58,336 nucleotides of DNA. Source: an uncultured Fluviicola sp. Its GTDB lineage: Bacteria; Bacteroidota; Bacteroidia; Flavobacteriales_D; Crocinitomicaceae. The position numbers and the translations under genes were made by a program. The notes beneath the pieces are model-generated. The model was not told the DNA's origin. It searched no databases and was given only the letters and a program-made list of their open reading frames with translations. This document shows positions 18,834 through 29,071 of this stretch, one piece after another; within the stretch, counting starts at the first letter, position 1; each line of letters opens with the position of its first letter. The stretch spans positions 1 to 58,336 of the forward strand of contig CAYFTH010000001.1 in the NCBI GenBank assembly GCA_964346075.1, written 5' to 3'.

Positions 18834-20543
18834 TTGATATTGGAGCGTTTTATAAACATACTTGTTCTCGACAGTAATGACACAAATATTTCTGGTCTCA
18901 GAGCTATGCTCAATGGGGGAGGAAATAATCTGATTTTTTGTGAAACTGAGAAACAAGCATGGCCGATACTCGAGAAACGGAAAATTGGAGTTATCTTGAT
19001 CAATATTCAGCTCGAGTCTGTTAATGGGTTCGAACTTTTGCAGCGACTCAAATCAAATCCTAATTCTGAAGATGCTTATAAAATTGTCATTAGTGAATCA
19101 ACTTCCAGCGGTGCAGAGCTGGTGAAAGGATTTCGAGAAGGAGCTGTAGATTATATATCTACGCCTTTTAACCCCAATTTAGTAAAGGCAAAAATTGAAG
19201 TCTTTAAAACATTGTATTTTAAAGATCAACGAATTAATCAATTACTGGAAAATATTTTTCCGCAAAATGTATTGCGCGACCTCAATAAGACTGGTAAATT
19301 CTCTCCTAAACGTATAGAAGAAGGTGTGGTATTGTTCACAGATTTTGTGGCCTTCTCAAAAATAGCCAAACATCGAAAACCGATGGAGCTACTCAAGCAA
19401 CTTGAGGAGTATTTCAATAAGTTCGATGAAATCATTGAACGGTACCAATTGGAAAAAATCAAAACGATCGGGGATGCATTTATGGCATTGAGTGGAGTGA
19501 CTGAAAAAAATAAAAAACCTGCAGTGAGAGCATGTTTAGCAGCTCTGGAGATTAGAAACTTCATGTTGAACAAAAAACAACTTGCCAAAGCTACAGGCAA
19601 CGACTTTTGGGAAATTCGTATTGGTCTGCATGCTGGGCCTCTTGTCGCTGGTATTATAGGTGATAAAAAAATGAGTTTTGATGTCTGGGGAGACACCGTT
19701 AATATCGGCGCAAGAGCTGAACAGAATTCGTTAGCAGATAGTATCACCATAACCGATCGCGTTGCGGGTCACGTACTACCTTTTTTCAACCTCGAACATA
19801 GGGGTGAAATAGAAATTAAACATGGTGGCGAAGTTGATATGTTTTTCTTAAAAGAATTAAAACCGAAGTACTCACTTTTCGAGGAGGGGAAACTCGCCAA
19901 CAGCAAATTAAGAAAACGGTGCGAATTGGAGAATATGGATTTCGCTTTTGCTCGAAGGCACATCATTAATAAACTCAAGTCTTCTTTACCCGACGAGCTC
20001 AATTATCACAACTTAAAGCATACACTTAATGTGGAGCGCTGTGCAATCAGGATCGCTGGTCTAGAAGGCGTTGAAGGGGAAGAGCTCACGATTTTACGCA
20101 CAGCAGTACTTTTCCACGATGCCGGTTTTATTCTGCAGTATGATCACAATGAGAATATTGGCGCGGAATTGGTCAAAAGGGAACTACCTAATTTCGGTTA
20201 TAATCAGCGGCAAATCGATCAAATCTCACGAATTATTATGTCAACGACACGGGAAATAGCTCCGAGAACGTTATTAGAAAAAATTATGTGTGATGCTGAT
20301 CACGACTACCTGGGTAGAGCTGATTACTACACGGTAGCTTCAAAGTTGCGTATTGAACTCGAATCACAAGGTAAAACCATGACGGATTTGGAATGGATCG
20401 AATATCAATTACACTACCTGGAAAATATTCATGAGTTTTATACAGATACCGCTCGAAACATCAGGTTGAAAGGTAAACTCAAGCGAATTCAGGAGCTAAA
20501 AACCAAACACAAAGAATTGATTGAAAAAGAAAAAAACTCCTGA
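18834..20543 (+). CDS. Receiver-like domain / class III adenylate cyclase / HD phosphohydrolase fusion
   Basis: REC-like N-terminus; cyclase LFTDF, KTIGDAFM, IRIGLH, FDVWGDTVN...R; HD domain YHN..HT, FHDAG, CDAD; TTG start (18834 or 18840). Confidence 0.88.
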   Translation: MILERFINILVLDSNDTNISGLRAMLNGGGNNLIFCETEKQAWPILEKRKIGVILINIQLESVNGFELLQRLKSNPNSEDAYKIVISESTSSGAELVKGFREGAVDYISTPFNPNLVKAKIEVFKTLYFKDQRINQLLENIFPQNVLRDLNKTGKFSPKRIEEGVVLFTDFVAFSKIAKHRKPMELLKQLEEYFNKFDEIIERYQLEKIKTIGDAFMALSGVTEKNKKPAVRACLAALEIRNFMLNKKQLAKATGNDFWEIRIGLHAGPLVAGIIGDKKMSFDVWGDTVNIGARAEQNSLADSITITDRVAGHVLPFFNLEHRGEIEIKHGGEVDMFFLKELKPKYSLFEEGKLANSKLRKRCELENMDFAFARRHIINKLKSSLPDELNYHNLKHTLNVERCAIRIAGLEGVEGEELTILRTAVLFHDAGFILQYDHNENIGAELVKRELPNFGYNQRQIDQISRIIMSTTREIAPRTLLEKIMCDADHDYLGRADYYTVASKLRIELESQGKTMTDLEWIEYQLHYLENIHEFYTDTARNIRLKGKLKRIQELKTKHKELIEKEKNS

Positions 20544-20816
20544 TTTTAATACTGCTTTTCCAAAGGACATACTAAAATTTACATTTATCCTCACCTGTAT
20601 TTTGGCCAGTCATCTGTAACCGCTTAAACTATACAGTTTGCATACAATCAATAAATAGAGCCTTCAAAAAAGTTAACGATTGCTCGTAGATCAACTCATT
20701 TCGATCAAAAGACGACTTAACGACATATCAAATGGCACAATAACCAATTATAAAGGAGACTAACTGCTATCATATCAAAATGAGGTATTAACAATCAAGT
20801 CGAAAAAGTGTGAAAT

Positions 20817-20852
20817 AAAAAAAATGCCATCCTTAACAGAATGGCATTTTAT
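20817..20852. terminator. Likely bidirectional terminator
   Basis: AAAATGCCAT...ATGGCATTTT inverted repeat between convergent genes. Confidence 0.8.
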
Positions 20853-20872
20853 ATAAATCGTAAGTGCTCAAC

Positions 20873-21739
20873 TTAGAAATAAAACATCAAGAAGATGGCA
20901 CCGTTAAAGTTATCGGTGTCTAAGTTCCATGAACGTGACCCTGCAACCTCATCCGTGATATCAACAGTTTCAGCGGCAACGGGATCATAATAACGGCTTA
21001 CTGATTCTCCGTCTCCAGTTGTTGCAAACATTACGTTCCATCCAAATTCACCACCTATTGACATTTTTGATCCGAAGAAATACTCCACTCCAACAAATGG
21101 ACGTAATCCTGTACCAAATGTACCGCCGGATTCAACTTCCATTAAACGCTGACCCGTTGGCTGAGCTGCTCCAGTGCCAAAATTAGTTGTAGTTGTAGGG
21201 GCTTGGTTAAGTTCACCAAAAGCATTTCCATACTCATAAGATTCTGAAGTCTTGTTGTACATAAAGAATACATCAGCTCCATAAATCCCCTGAAGTCTAC
21301 CCTGACCTCTACGGAACTCATAACCACCACCTACTGTATAGGTTTGGTTCGTCAATTTTTGATTATCAGTAACAAAAATAGTTGGACTATTCTCAGTATC
21401 ATCGATAACATAATTATCTCGTGAAAAATTATTCACCCCAACGCGCAAGTGAGCGCGAATAGCACGATTATTTTCCAACATATACTTTCCAAACAGTACA
21501 TTATTACCGAGATTACTTACAAATTTATTGTCTCCGGCGTACGTGTTGTTTGCCGTGTTGTTAAATGAATTCCCAATCCAATTCAAAATAGGGACTGCAT
21601 TGAATCCAATAGCGTATTCTCCTTGTTCTGGTAGAACAGGTACGCCTTCGACATTCGTTAAATCAGTATCTTGAGCTTGCATCGAAAAAGTCAATGCAAC
21701 AGCACCCAAGGTACTCACTACCTTATGTGATAATTTCAT
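20873..21739 (-). CDS. Outer-membrane beta-barrel protein
   Basis: Signal peptide (MQA-Q), 'GGGYEFRR', 'FVGVEYFF..KMSIGGEFGW', C-terminal FYF. Confidence 0.8.
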   Translation of the reverse strand: MKLSHKVVSTLGAVALTFSMQAQDTDLTNVEGVPVLPEQGEYAIGFNAVPILNWIGNSFNNTANNTYAGDNKFVSNLGNNVLFGKYMLENNRAIRAHLRVGVNNFSRDNYVIDDTENSPTIFVTDNQKLTNQTYTVGGGYEFRRGQGRLQGIYGADVFFMYNKTSESYEYGNAFGELNQAPTTTTNFGTGAAQPTGQRLMEVESGGTFGTGLRPFVGVEYFFGSKMSIGGEFGWNVMFATTGDGESVSRYYDPVAAETVDITDEVAGSRSWNLDTDNFNGAIFLMFYF

Positions 21740-21757
21740 GTTTTATAATTTTTTCAA

Positions 21758-22276
21758 TTAATACTGGTAATCTCTGACAACTACTGCTCCATCGTAAATA
21801 GTGACGAATGCACTCGGACGAGAAAATGTAGTTCGCGTCTCTACTGTCGCTGGCTGACCAGTAGCTGTGGTATCGCCGGGATCAGTACCAAAAGAGATAA
21901 CATCCGTTTCGAAATCATCAAACTGCACTTCTGCATCGATGGGCGTTTCATAAGCTGGTAAGTCAACTGAATACGCGCCATTTCCATTCGTTTTGGCACT
22001 ATACAACTGGTCTTTATAATTGTAAGTAGGGTCTGGATTTGGATCCAGGTTACTTCCGTTGATTATAAAGGTAACTTTTGTTCCGGCGGGAACTGTTTCC
22101 ATTTTCATATCATATGTACCATCTGAAAGGGTGTCATTTGCCGTATTTGAATTTACTTCCATCACTCCTTTTACTGTGGCAGAACCAGCCTCCCGTGGCG
22201 TTTGCTCCTCTTTCTTACAAGCTACAGCCACTAGTAAACCTAATGCCGTTAAACCTAAAACAATCTTTTTCATCAT
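21758..22276 (-). CDS. Lipoprotein, hypothetical
   Basis: MMKK, hydrophobic stretch, VAC lipobox then KKEE; beta-rich mature domain. Confidence 0.8.
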   Translation of the reverse strand: MMKKIVLGLTALGLLVAVACKKEEQTPREAGSATVKGVMEVNSNTANDTLSDGTYDMKMETVPAGTKVTFIINGSNLDPNPDPTYNYKDQLYSAKTNGNGAYSVDLPAYETPIDAEVQFDDFETDVISFGTDPGDTTATGQPATVETRTTFSRPSAFVTIYDGAVVVRDYQY

Positions 22277-22574
22277 TTAAAATTTTAGTTATTAATTTAA
22301 ATTGTCATTCTCGACAAATTAATTTCAGTGCTACTACGTAAGAATGGCTTGAAGGGTTGCAAAAAATCATACTTTCTTAAGCCTGTTTATTTCTTGACTA
22401 AAAAGTACTCCGGGTATTTTGTATAGTATAAGGAACATTAGAAGCGTAAAACAGCAAGGTAATAGTACAATTAATCAAGGGAACTCACCTGGAGTCTGAA
22501 CTTTTTTTATACGAACGCTCGCGAACAACCATGATTATAAAAGGGCAGTACTTTGGAGTTGCAAAGAAATACAA

Positions 22575-23744
22575 TTATTCGTTGATCACTTTTCCTTTAT
22601 TCATGTTTTCGACTGTTTGAACATAAAGCGTTTCATAGCGCGGCAATACCTTGGTTATACAAAACTTTTGAGCTTGCTCTTTCGCCTGCGCCTTAAACTG
22701 ACTTAAGCGTTGTTCATTGGAAAGAAGTTTTTTAGCATTTGCTGCCATATCCTGCACATCGCCAACGTCTGACAAGTATCCAGAAAAACCATGTTTGTTG
22801 ACTTCGGGAATTCCACCTGTATTTGATGATATTACAGGTACACCAACCGCCATGGCTTCCAACGCCGCCAAACCGAAACTTTCAGTCTCTGAAGGGAGTA
22901 AAAATAAATCAGAAACTTTCATCAATTCAGCAGCGTCTCTAATTTTCCCCACCATCATCACGCGATCACACGTTCCTAACTCACGGCATAAACGCTCGAC
23001 ATTATATCGTTCAGGACCATCACCAATCAAAAGTAAACGTGCATTCGTTGATTTATTGACTTCATGAAAAATATGTACCACATCTTCCACTCGCTTTACT
23101 TTGCGAAAATTAGAAACATGAACGATAATTTTTTCTTCATCTCTGGCATATTTCCTTCGTTTTTCGAAGTCAATCGCAGTTGAAGAATCCTCGTCGATAT
23201 TGTGTATAAAATTAGGAATGACCTCAATAGTTCTTTTTGTATCAAAATGTGCGTAAGTGTCGCGTTTTAAGCTTTCAGATACAGCGGTAACAGCGTTGGA
23301 TTGATTTAAACAAAATGTAATCACTGGTTCAAATGATTTATCGCGCCCTACTAGCGTAATGTCTGTACCGTGCAATGTCGTAATAAACGGAATGTTCACA
23401 CCTCTCGAACTCAATATTTGTTGAGCCATAAAAGCAGCAGATGCATGAGGAATAGCATAGTGAACGTGAAGCAAATCAAGCCCCTCATGTTCTACTACAT
23501 CAACCATTTTACTCGCCAGTTCGGTTTCATAAGGCTGGAATTCGAAAAGTGGATAGTTACTCACCACTACCTCATGATAAAAAATATTGTCCCGGAACGA
23601 TCCCAGACGCACAGGCTGGGAGTATGTAATAAAATGTATCTCGTGTCCCTTCTCAGCAAGTGCCTTACCTAATTCAGTGGCAACTACTCCGCTCCCGCCA
23701 AAAGTGGGGTATAAAACAATACCTATTTTCATTTTGCTTGTCAT
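22575..23744 (-). CDS. bshA: N-acetyl-alpha-D-glucosaminyl L-malate synthase (GT4)
   Basis: YPTFGGSGVVATELG, HVHYAIPHA, TTLHGTDITLVG, HVSNFRKVKR, ESFGLAALEAM. Confidence 0.95.
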   Translation of the reverse strand: MTSKMKIGIVLYPTFGGSGVVATELGKALAEKGHEIHFITYSQPVRLGSFRDNIFYHEVVVSNYPLFEFQPYETELASKMVDVVEHEGLDLLHVHYAIPHASAAFMAQQILSSRGVNIPFITTLHGTDITLVGRDKSFEPVITFCLNQSNAVTAVSESLKRDTYAHFDTKRTIEVIPNFIHNIDEDSSTAIDFEKRRKYARDEEKIIVHVSNFRKVKRVEDVVHIFHEVNKSTNARLLLIGDGPERYNVERLCRELGTCDRVMMVGKIRDAAELMKVSDLFLLPSETESFGLAALEAMAVGVPVISSNTGGIPEVNKHGFSGYLSDVGDVQDMAANAKKLLSNEQRLSQFKAQAKEQAQKFCITKVLPRYETLYVQTVENMNKGKVINE

Positions 23745-23789
23745 AATTTAATATACGCTATTTCCAACACCTGTGAGACCTCAGTTGTT

Positions 23790-26708
23790 CTAATTCCTTA
23801 CGGGAAAAAGCTTATAAATTTCTTTTTGTATATCCGTACGAATATCCATTTTCACCAGTTTCCAATTGTCTCCTTTTGGATATACGCGGTTGGATAAAAA
23901 CACATAATTCACTCCATTTGCAGGATCGGCCCAAGCTTGTGTACCAGTAAAACCAGAATGACCAAAGGATTCAAGTGATACCAACTCACACGTTGGACCT
24001 CCTTTCAAGTTCCGGACAGGCTTGTCAAAACCGGCCCCTCTTCTATTACTGGGACAAAATTGGCAAGAAGTATAAGCTTGAACTACTTCGCCTGGTATAT
24101 ATTCGCGTCTTCCATAGGTTCCTTTGTTTAAAAATAGTTGCATCATTTTAGCCAAATCTACCGCATTTGCAAACACACCTGCGTGTCCACCGACGCCGTC
24201 TGTCATTGCAGCCCCCATATCGTGTACATAACCGTGAACTAACTGGTGCCTGAAATAGTCGTCGCGTTCCGTTGGGGCAATGCGTTTAACCGAAAACGAT
24301 TTTAAAGGATGATATCCCATGGTACGCAACCCCATAGGATCAAAAAAAGTTGAATGCACAAAGTCTTCCATGGGTAAGCCCGATTGTTGCTCTACAATTT
24401 TCTTGACGAAATAGTACCCCAGGTCGGAATAACGGTAATTACCTCGAGCTCTTAGCCGCGTTGACAAAATCCGTTCATAAATGGTTGTTTCGTAATCGTC
24501 CAAAATAAACAAACCTCGTGCTACTTGAGTTTTCATACTATCATTGGGTATCTTAGCATAGTATTTTTCGCTCGGAAAACCATCATCCAGTGTAGCAGTA
24601 TAAAAAGGGATCCAGGGAGATAACCCCGCTTGATGAGCCATCATATCTTTGAGTAAAATACGTTCGTATGCGGTACCACGCGTTATTTCCAAATACTCCC
24701 CTAGTCTTGAGTCTAACGAAAATCGCTCCTTTCCTTGTAAATGCATGAGGCTCGCTGTTGACGCAATAATTTTTGTAACAGAAGCTAAATCGTATAATGT
24801 ACTATTATCAATGGGTCGGAGCGAATCATAGGTCTGGTGACCAAACGATTTCTCGTAGATCAACTTTCCGTCCTTTGCAATCACAATCTGACAGCCAGGA
24901 TAGGCTTTTTCACAAATTCCACGTTGAGCGATAGAATCAATAGCAGAGAAATCAGACCTTTGCAATCCGAACTCCATGGGTACCGTATATTTCAATCGCG
25001 ATGCCACGGGTGTTTCGGCAAAATAACCTTCCTGATAAACCTCATTCAAAGTAACAGTTAGCGGAGTCTCTGATTGAAAGCCACCAAAAAGCAATTGAGC
25101 TACGCGATCCAATGTTGGTAATTCCTGCTCGTAAGTCAGAACTACAGCATCCACATCAGCAAACACCTCCCAATCCTTAGCGACAAATGGATGACCGTAA
25201 AATGTAACGTAACTGTTCACTGCAGCGGGTATATGTTGCATGAGTTCTTCCCATGCCGAAGGATAGGGCTGTATGGTTGCTGTGAGTGACCGAATAGGAA
25301 AGATATTAATGAATATATTGTCGAATTCGTCTGAATATTCTTGCAAATATCGAATTACTTCTTCTGATGAATAAGCATGCAGGTATTTTGCTTCACTGTA
25401 CTTACCGAAACGATCCTTGAAAGCTATTGCATCATTTCCTAAATTAATCACCAAATTGCTTTCATTTGCATCTTTTACTGGAATGACCTGATCATTTTTC
25501 AACACTGTGATTGCCTTTTCATAACTAGCCGTCTCCACATAAGACAATTTCTCAGCTGGTGGAAAAGTCCGTTTATCTTTTCGTGTTTCAATATGATATT
25601 TTGCCCTTAAAATTTTCAAGCATTTACGATCAATCGTTTTTTCGCTGTACTCCCCATTTTTCACGGCTTGCACAATGCGATTAATCGCTTTTTGAGGATT
25701 TCTTGGGTATAACAAGATGTCGTTCCCAGCCATGTAAGCCTTGACGTCAATAGCTTCAGCGTCAAAATAACGCGCCAACTCGTCATCTCTGAGATCTCCA
25801 CTGATGATTAAACCATCAAATTTCAGTTCGTTCTTCAGTATTTCCTGAATCACGTGAGGCGAGAAACTCGCGGGAATGCCGGTAGAGTCTATTGCAGGAA
25901 CCTCTATATTAGACATCATAACTGCAGATGCACGGCTCAAGCGCCCCATCTTAAAGGGTGCCCAGTAAATCTTTTCTAATTTTTCCAGACTAATAGCGGA
26001 ACGCCTCAATTTATGATCCTGATCACCAACTTGCTCAGGATGTAAGGGAAAATACTTCATAGCACTAAGGACGTTGTTTTCTTGTAATCCTTGAATGAGT
26101 GCCCTCGACTGTTTAGCAACCGTTAATGGATTTTCTCCGTAAGTTTCCATTTGTTGAGCCTTGTCCATTTCAGCAGAGCTCACGTTGACGGCTGGTCCCA
26201 AACAAAAATTCACACCAAGGTTTCGCATATCATGACTCATCGCTGTGTTCAGCGTACGCGACCATTCCTCTTCATTCACTGCGCCCGAGGTTAACGGAAA
26301 AGGATATTTCTTTGACTTCCAAATCTGTTTACTGAGTCCCCAGGTGGCATCCATAGCGATCAATAAGGGTAACATCGAACTCTCTTGAAAACGATGAATT
26401 ACTTCTTTCGTTTGATCATATTCACCGCGCCCTAAAACTATTCCACCAACATTAAAATGGGTGATTAGTGAATCTACTTTTTTGAGCTCTTCCTCTCCCT
26501 TATATGTAGGAACGCGAATAATAAAACTCTGGGCAATCTTTTCACTCAGCGTCATCTCCTCCATTTGTGCCTGCGCCCAATCGCTGCTGGATTTATAAAA
26601 GTCAGCCATCGAAGATGAAGATTGTCCAAAAGATTGATTAACAACGGCTAATAAAACAACAAAAACAAAACTGCTCAAGATATTATAACTGTCTACTTTC
26701 ATTCGCAT
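23790..26708 (-). CDS. GH3 (NagZ-like) plus serine hydrolase/beta-lactamase fusion
   Basis: N-terminal GH3 fold remnants (MTLSEKIAQ, YGENP, ELKFDGLI, AGNDILL); C-terminal ASVTK (SxxK), YSDLG, GHSGFTG. Confidence 0.88.
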   Translation of the reverse strand: MRMKVDSYNILSSFVFVVLLAVVNQSFGQSSSSMADFYKSSSDWAQAQMEEMTLSEKIAQSFIIRVPTYKGEEELKKVDSLITHFNVGGIVLGRGEYDQTKEVIHRFQESSMLPLLIAMDATWGLSKQIWKSKKYPFPLTSGAVNEEEWSRTLNTAMSHDMRNLGVNFCLGPAVNVSSAEMDKAQQMETYGENPLTVAKQSRALIQGLQENNVLSAMKYFPLHPEQVGDQDHKLRRSAISLEKLEKIYWAPFKMGRLSRASAVMMSNIEVPAIDSTGIPASFSPHVIQEILKNELKFDGLIISGDLRDDELARYFDAEAIDVKAYMAGNDILLYPRNPQKAINRIVQAVKNGEYSEKTIDRKCLKILRAKYHIETRKDKRTFPPAEKLSYVETASYEKAITVLKNDQVIPVKDANESNLVINLGNDAIAFKDRFGKYSEAKYLHAYSSEEVIRYLQEYSDEFDNIFINIFPIRSLTATIQPYPSAWEELMQHIPAAVNSYVTFYGHPFVAKDWEVFADVDAVVLTYEQELPTLDRVAQLLFGGFQSETPLTVTLNEVYQEGYFAETPVASRLKYTVPMEFGLQRSDFSAIDSIAQRGICEKAYPGCQIVIAKDGKLIYEKSFGHQTYDSLRPIDNSTLYDLASVTKIIASTASLMHLQGKERFSLDSRLGEYLEITRGTAYERILLKDMMAHQAGLSPWIPFYTATLDDGFPSEKYYAKIPNDSMKTQVARGLFILDDYETTIYERILSTRLRARGNYRYSDLGYYFVKKIVEQQSGLPMEDFVHSTFFDPMGLRTMGYHPLKSFSVKRIAPTERDDYFRHQLVHGYVHDMGAAMTDGVGGHAGVFANAVDLAKMMQLFLNKGTYGRREYIPGEVVQAYTSCQFCPSNRRGAGFDKPVRNLKGGPTCELVSLESFGHSGFTGTQAWADPANGVNYVFLSNRVYPKGDNWKLVKMDIRTDIQKEIYKLFPVRN

Positions 26709-26921
26709 GCCCTATCACTCCGTTAATTCATTCTGATACATATTCAATTCGCTGCCTTTATGTCACAACCATATCTCTGGAACAAAAATTGAAGTAACAA
26801 ATATAAGGAAACGATTAATTTAAGTTCCTTCAAAAGGATTATTGTGTGAAGACTTTTAATAAGGTATCAAGTATATTTATTTTAGTTATCTTTATCTGTT
26901 GATGAAAAAATATTGTAAAAT

Positions 26922-27254
26922 ATGTTAGAACGCATCCGGTTCATGAAAGTGAACAGCAACAAACAATTTGATTATACACCGCGTTATTATAACGAGCGCA
27001 AGGAGCGAATTGAAAAAATGAAAGCCGCTCACGAGAATAAAGATGATGGTGACGCGATGCAACGGCGCGAAGCTTTGCGCGATCGGCTCCAAACAACATG
27101 GGCAATGGATAATACTGTTTCCAACCATGCCCGTTCGGCTAACATTCGATTAATCGTAATACTTGTTGCTCTATTGGCTGGCACATACTTTATTCTCGAT
27201 TATGTCGATATCTTTGCAGCAGAAATTACAAAAATTGAAGGACCAGAAAAGTAA
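26922..27254 (+). CDS. Conserved hypothetical membrane-anchored protein
   Basis: 'NKQFDYTPRYY' N-terminus, single C-terminal TM helix; 5 nt upstream of mutL. Confidence 0.7.
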   Translation: MLERIRFMKVNSNKQFDYTPRYYNERKERIEKMKAAHENKDDGDAMQRREALRDRLQTTWAMDNTVSNHARSANIRLIVILVALLAGTYFILDYVDIFAAEITKIEGPEK

Positions 27255-27259
27255 GATTA

Positions 27260-29071
27260 ATGAGTGAAGTCATTCATTTATTACCCGATAATATAGCGAA
27301 TCAAATTGCTGCCGGAGAAGTTATTCAGCGACCAGCTTCCGTAGTGAAAGAATTAATTGAAAATGCCGTAGATGCTGGAGCTTCACATATAGAGCTTCAC
27401 ATCAAGGATGCTGGTAAGACGTCAATACAAGTTATTGATGACGGTCGCGGAATGACTGAAGGCGACGCGCGCATGAGCTTTGAAAGGCACGCTACAAGCA
27501 AGCTACAGTCTGCTGACGATCTTTTCAAACTTTCCACCAAAGGATTTCGTGGAGAGGCCCTGGCGTCAATTGCAGCAATAGCCCACGTCGAGCTGGAAAC
27601 AGTCTTCGAATCTGCAGCTGTAGGCACACAAATTAAAATGGCTGGAAGCAAACTAGAAAACCTTGAACCCATTGCACGGTCAAAAGGAACTGCTATTACG
27701 GTCAAAAATCTTTTTTTCAACGTCCCTGCTCGCCGGAACTTTTTGAAGTCAGATCAAGTAGAAACGAAACATATTGTTGAAGAGTTTAACCGCATAGCAC
27801 TCACACATCCTGAAATCGCCTTTAAGTTCTCACACAATGGAAATGTGCTCCAGGATTTACTCAGCGCTAAACTGAGAAAGCGCATTGTGGATCTCTTCGG
27901 AATGAATTTTAATAAAAAGCTCGTACCGATTGAAGAAAAGACCGACATTGTCACGATCAAAGGATTTATTGGAAAACCTGAATTCGTGCGAAAAAAGAGA
28001 GGTGAACAGTATTTTTTTGTCAATAACCGTTTCTTTAAAAACAGTTATCTGAATCACGCGGTGACACAAGCTTTTGATAATTTAATTCCTCCGAAAACTT
28101 TTCCTGCATATTTCATCTATTTTGAAGTGCCTCCCAATTCACTGGACGTGAATATTCACCCCACTAAAACAGAAGTGAAGTTTGAGGATGAACGCAATAT
28201 TTACAGTATTTTGCGAAGCACCATAAAGCTAGCTCTTGGGAAATACAATATCGCTCCGAGCATCGATTTTGAGCACGAACCGCAATTTGATCTTCCAAAC
28301 GAAGAACGCCAAAAACCTGTTCAACCTCCATCGATTCAGGTTGACCCCGATTATAATCCTTTCCAAAAAACAAGTGCTTCAAGAGCTCCTTCCGCAACCT
28401 CACCTTCTTCTGGTGCATTGAAGCCCAATCGAGAAGACTGGGAAAATTATTACGATATCACGGAGGATCAAGTTGCTCCAGAGACGACGAACACCACTGT
28501 TCCTGAAGAAGATACTGGAGGAAAAAAACTACAGGTACATAATAAATTTGCGCTGGTTCAGGTCAAGACTGGAATCATGCTTATAGATCTCAAACGCGCC
28601 AAAGAACGCATACTCTATGATGATTTAATGGAGCAATTTATGCTGACTCCGATCGCTTCCCAGCAGCTCATGTTTCCTTTTGAGCATAACATGCAATATG
28701 CAGAGAAGTTAGAATGGGAAAACAACAAAACTTCGCTCAAACGACTTGGTTTTAACTGGGAATGGCGCGATAATACCATTATCCTGTCAGGTGCTCCATC
28801 TTTTCTAGAAGATGAAGACATCGCACAGTGTCTGGATGCCATTTCAGAAAAGGTGGCTCATGAAGAAATTGATAAAGGAGAACTGGCCCACGAACTGATT
28901 CGAACGTTGTCGGAAGCAGCGAATACCCGTAAACTGCATCAACTTCAACCTGAAGAATTGAACCACATCATCGATCGGTTGTTTCAAAGTGAACAGCATC
29001 AATTCTCTCCAAGCGGACGTAGAATCATGAATACAATAGCATTAGAAGAATTAAACAATTATTTGAAATGA
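27260..29071 (+). CDS. mutL: DNA mismatch repair protein MutL
   Basis: IAAGEVIQRPASVVKELIENAVDAG, HATSK, GFRGEALASI, DVNIHPTKTEV. Confidence 0.98.
   Translation: MSEVIHLLPDNIANQIAAGEVIQRPASVVKELIENAVDAGASHIELHIKDAGKTSIQVIDDGRGMTEGDARMSFERHATSKLQSADDLFKLSTKGFRGEALASIAAIAHVELETVFESAAVGTQIKMAGSKLENLEPIARSKGTAITVKNLFFNVPARRNFLKSDQVETKHIVEEFNRIALTHPEIAFKFSHNGNVLQDLLSAKLRKRIVDLFGMNFNKKLVPIEEKTDIVTIKGFIGKPEFVRKKRGEQYFFVNNRFFKNSYLNHAVTQAFDNLIPPKTFPAYFIYFEVPPNSLDVNIHPTKTEVKFEDERNIYSILRSTIKLALGKYNIAPSIDFEHEPQFDLPNEERQKPVQPPSIQVDPDYNPFQKTSASRAPSATSPSSGALKPNREDWENYYDITEDQVAPETTNTTVPEEDTGGKKLQVHNKFALVQVKTGIMLIDLKRAKERILYDDLMEQFMLTPIASQQLMFPFEHNMQYAEKLEWENNKTSLKRLGFNWEWRDNTIILSGAPSFLEDEDIAQCLDAISEKVAHEEIDKGELAHELIRTLSEAANTRKLHQLQPEELNHIIDRLFQSEQHQFSPSGRRIMNTIALEELNNYLK

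Noticed and set aside
19238-19750. 170-aa minus-strand ORF
   Set aside because: Antisense shadow of the cyclase domain with no motif.
18834-20543. Cyclase as a Pycsar defence system
   Set aside because: Purine-type specificity residues, a receiver-like domain, and no adjacent TIR or TM effector gene.
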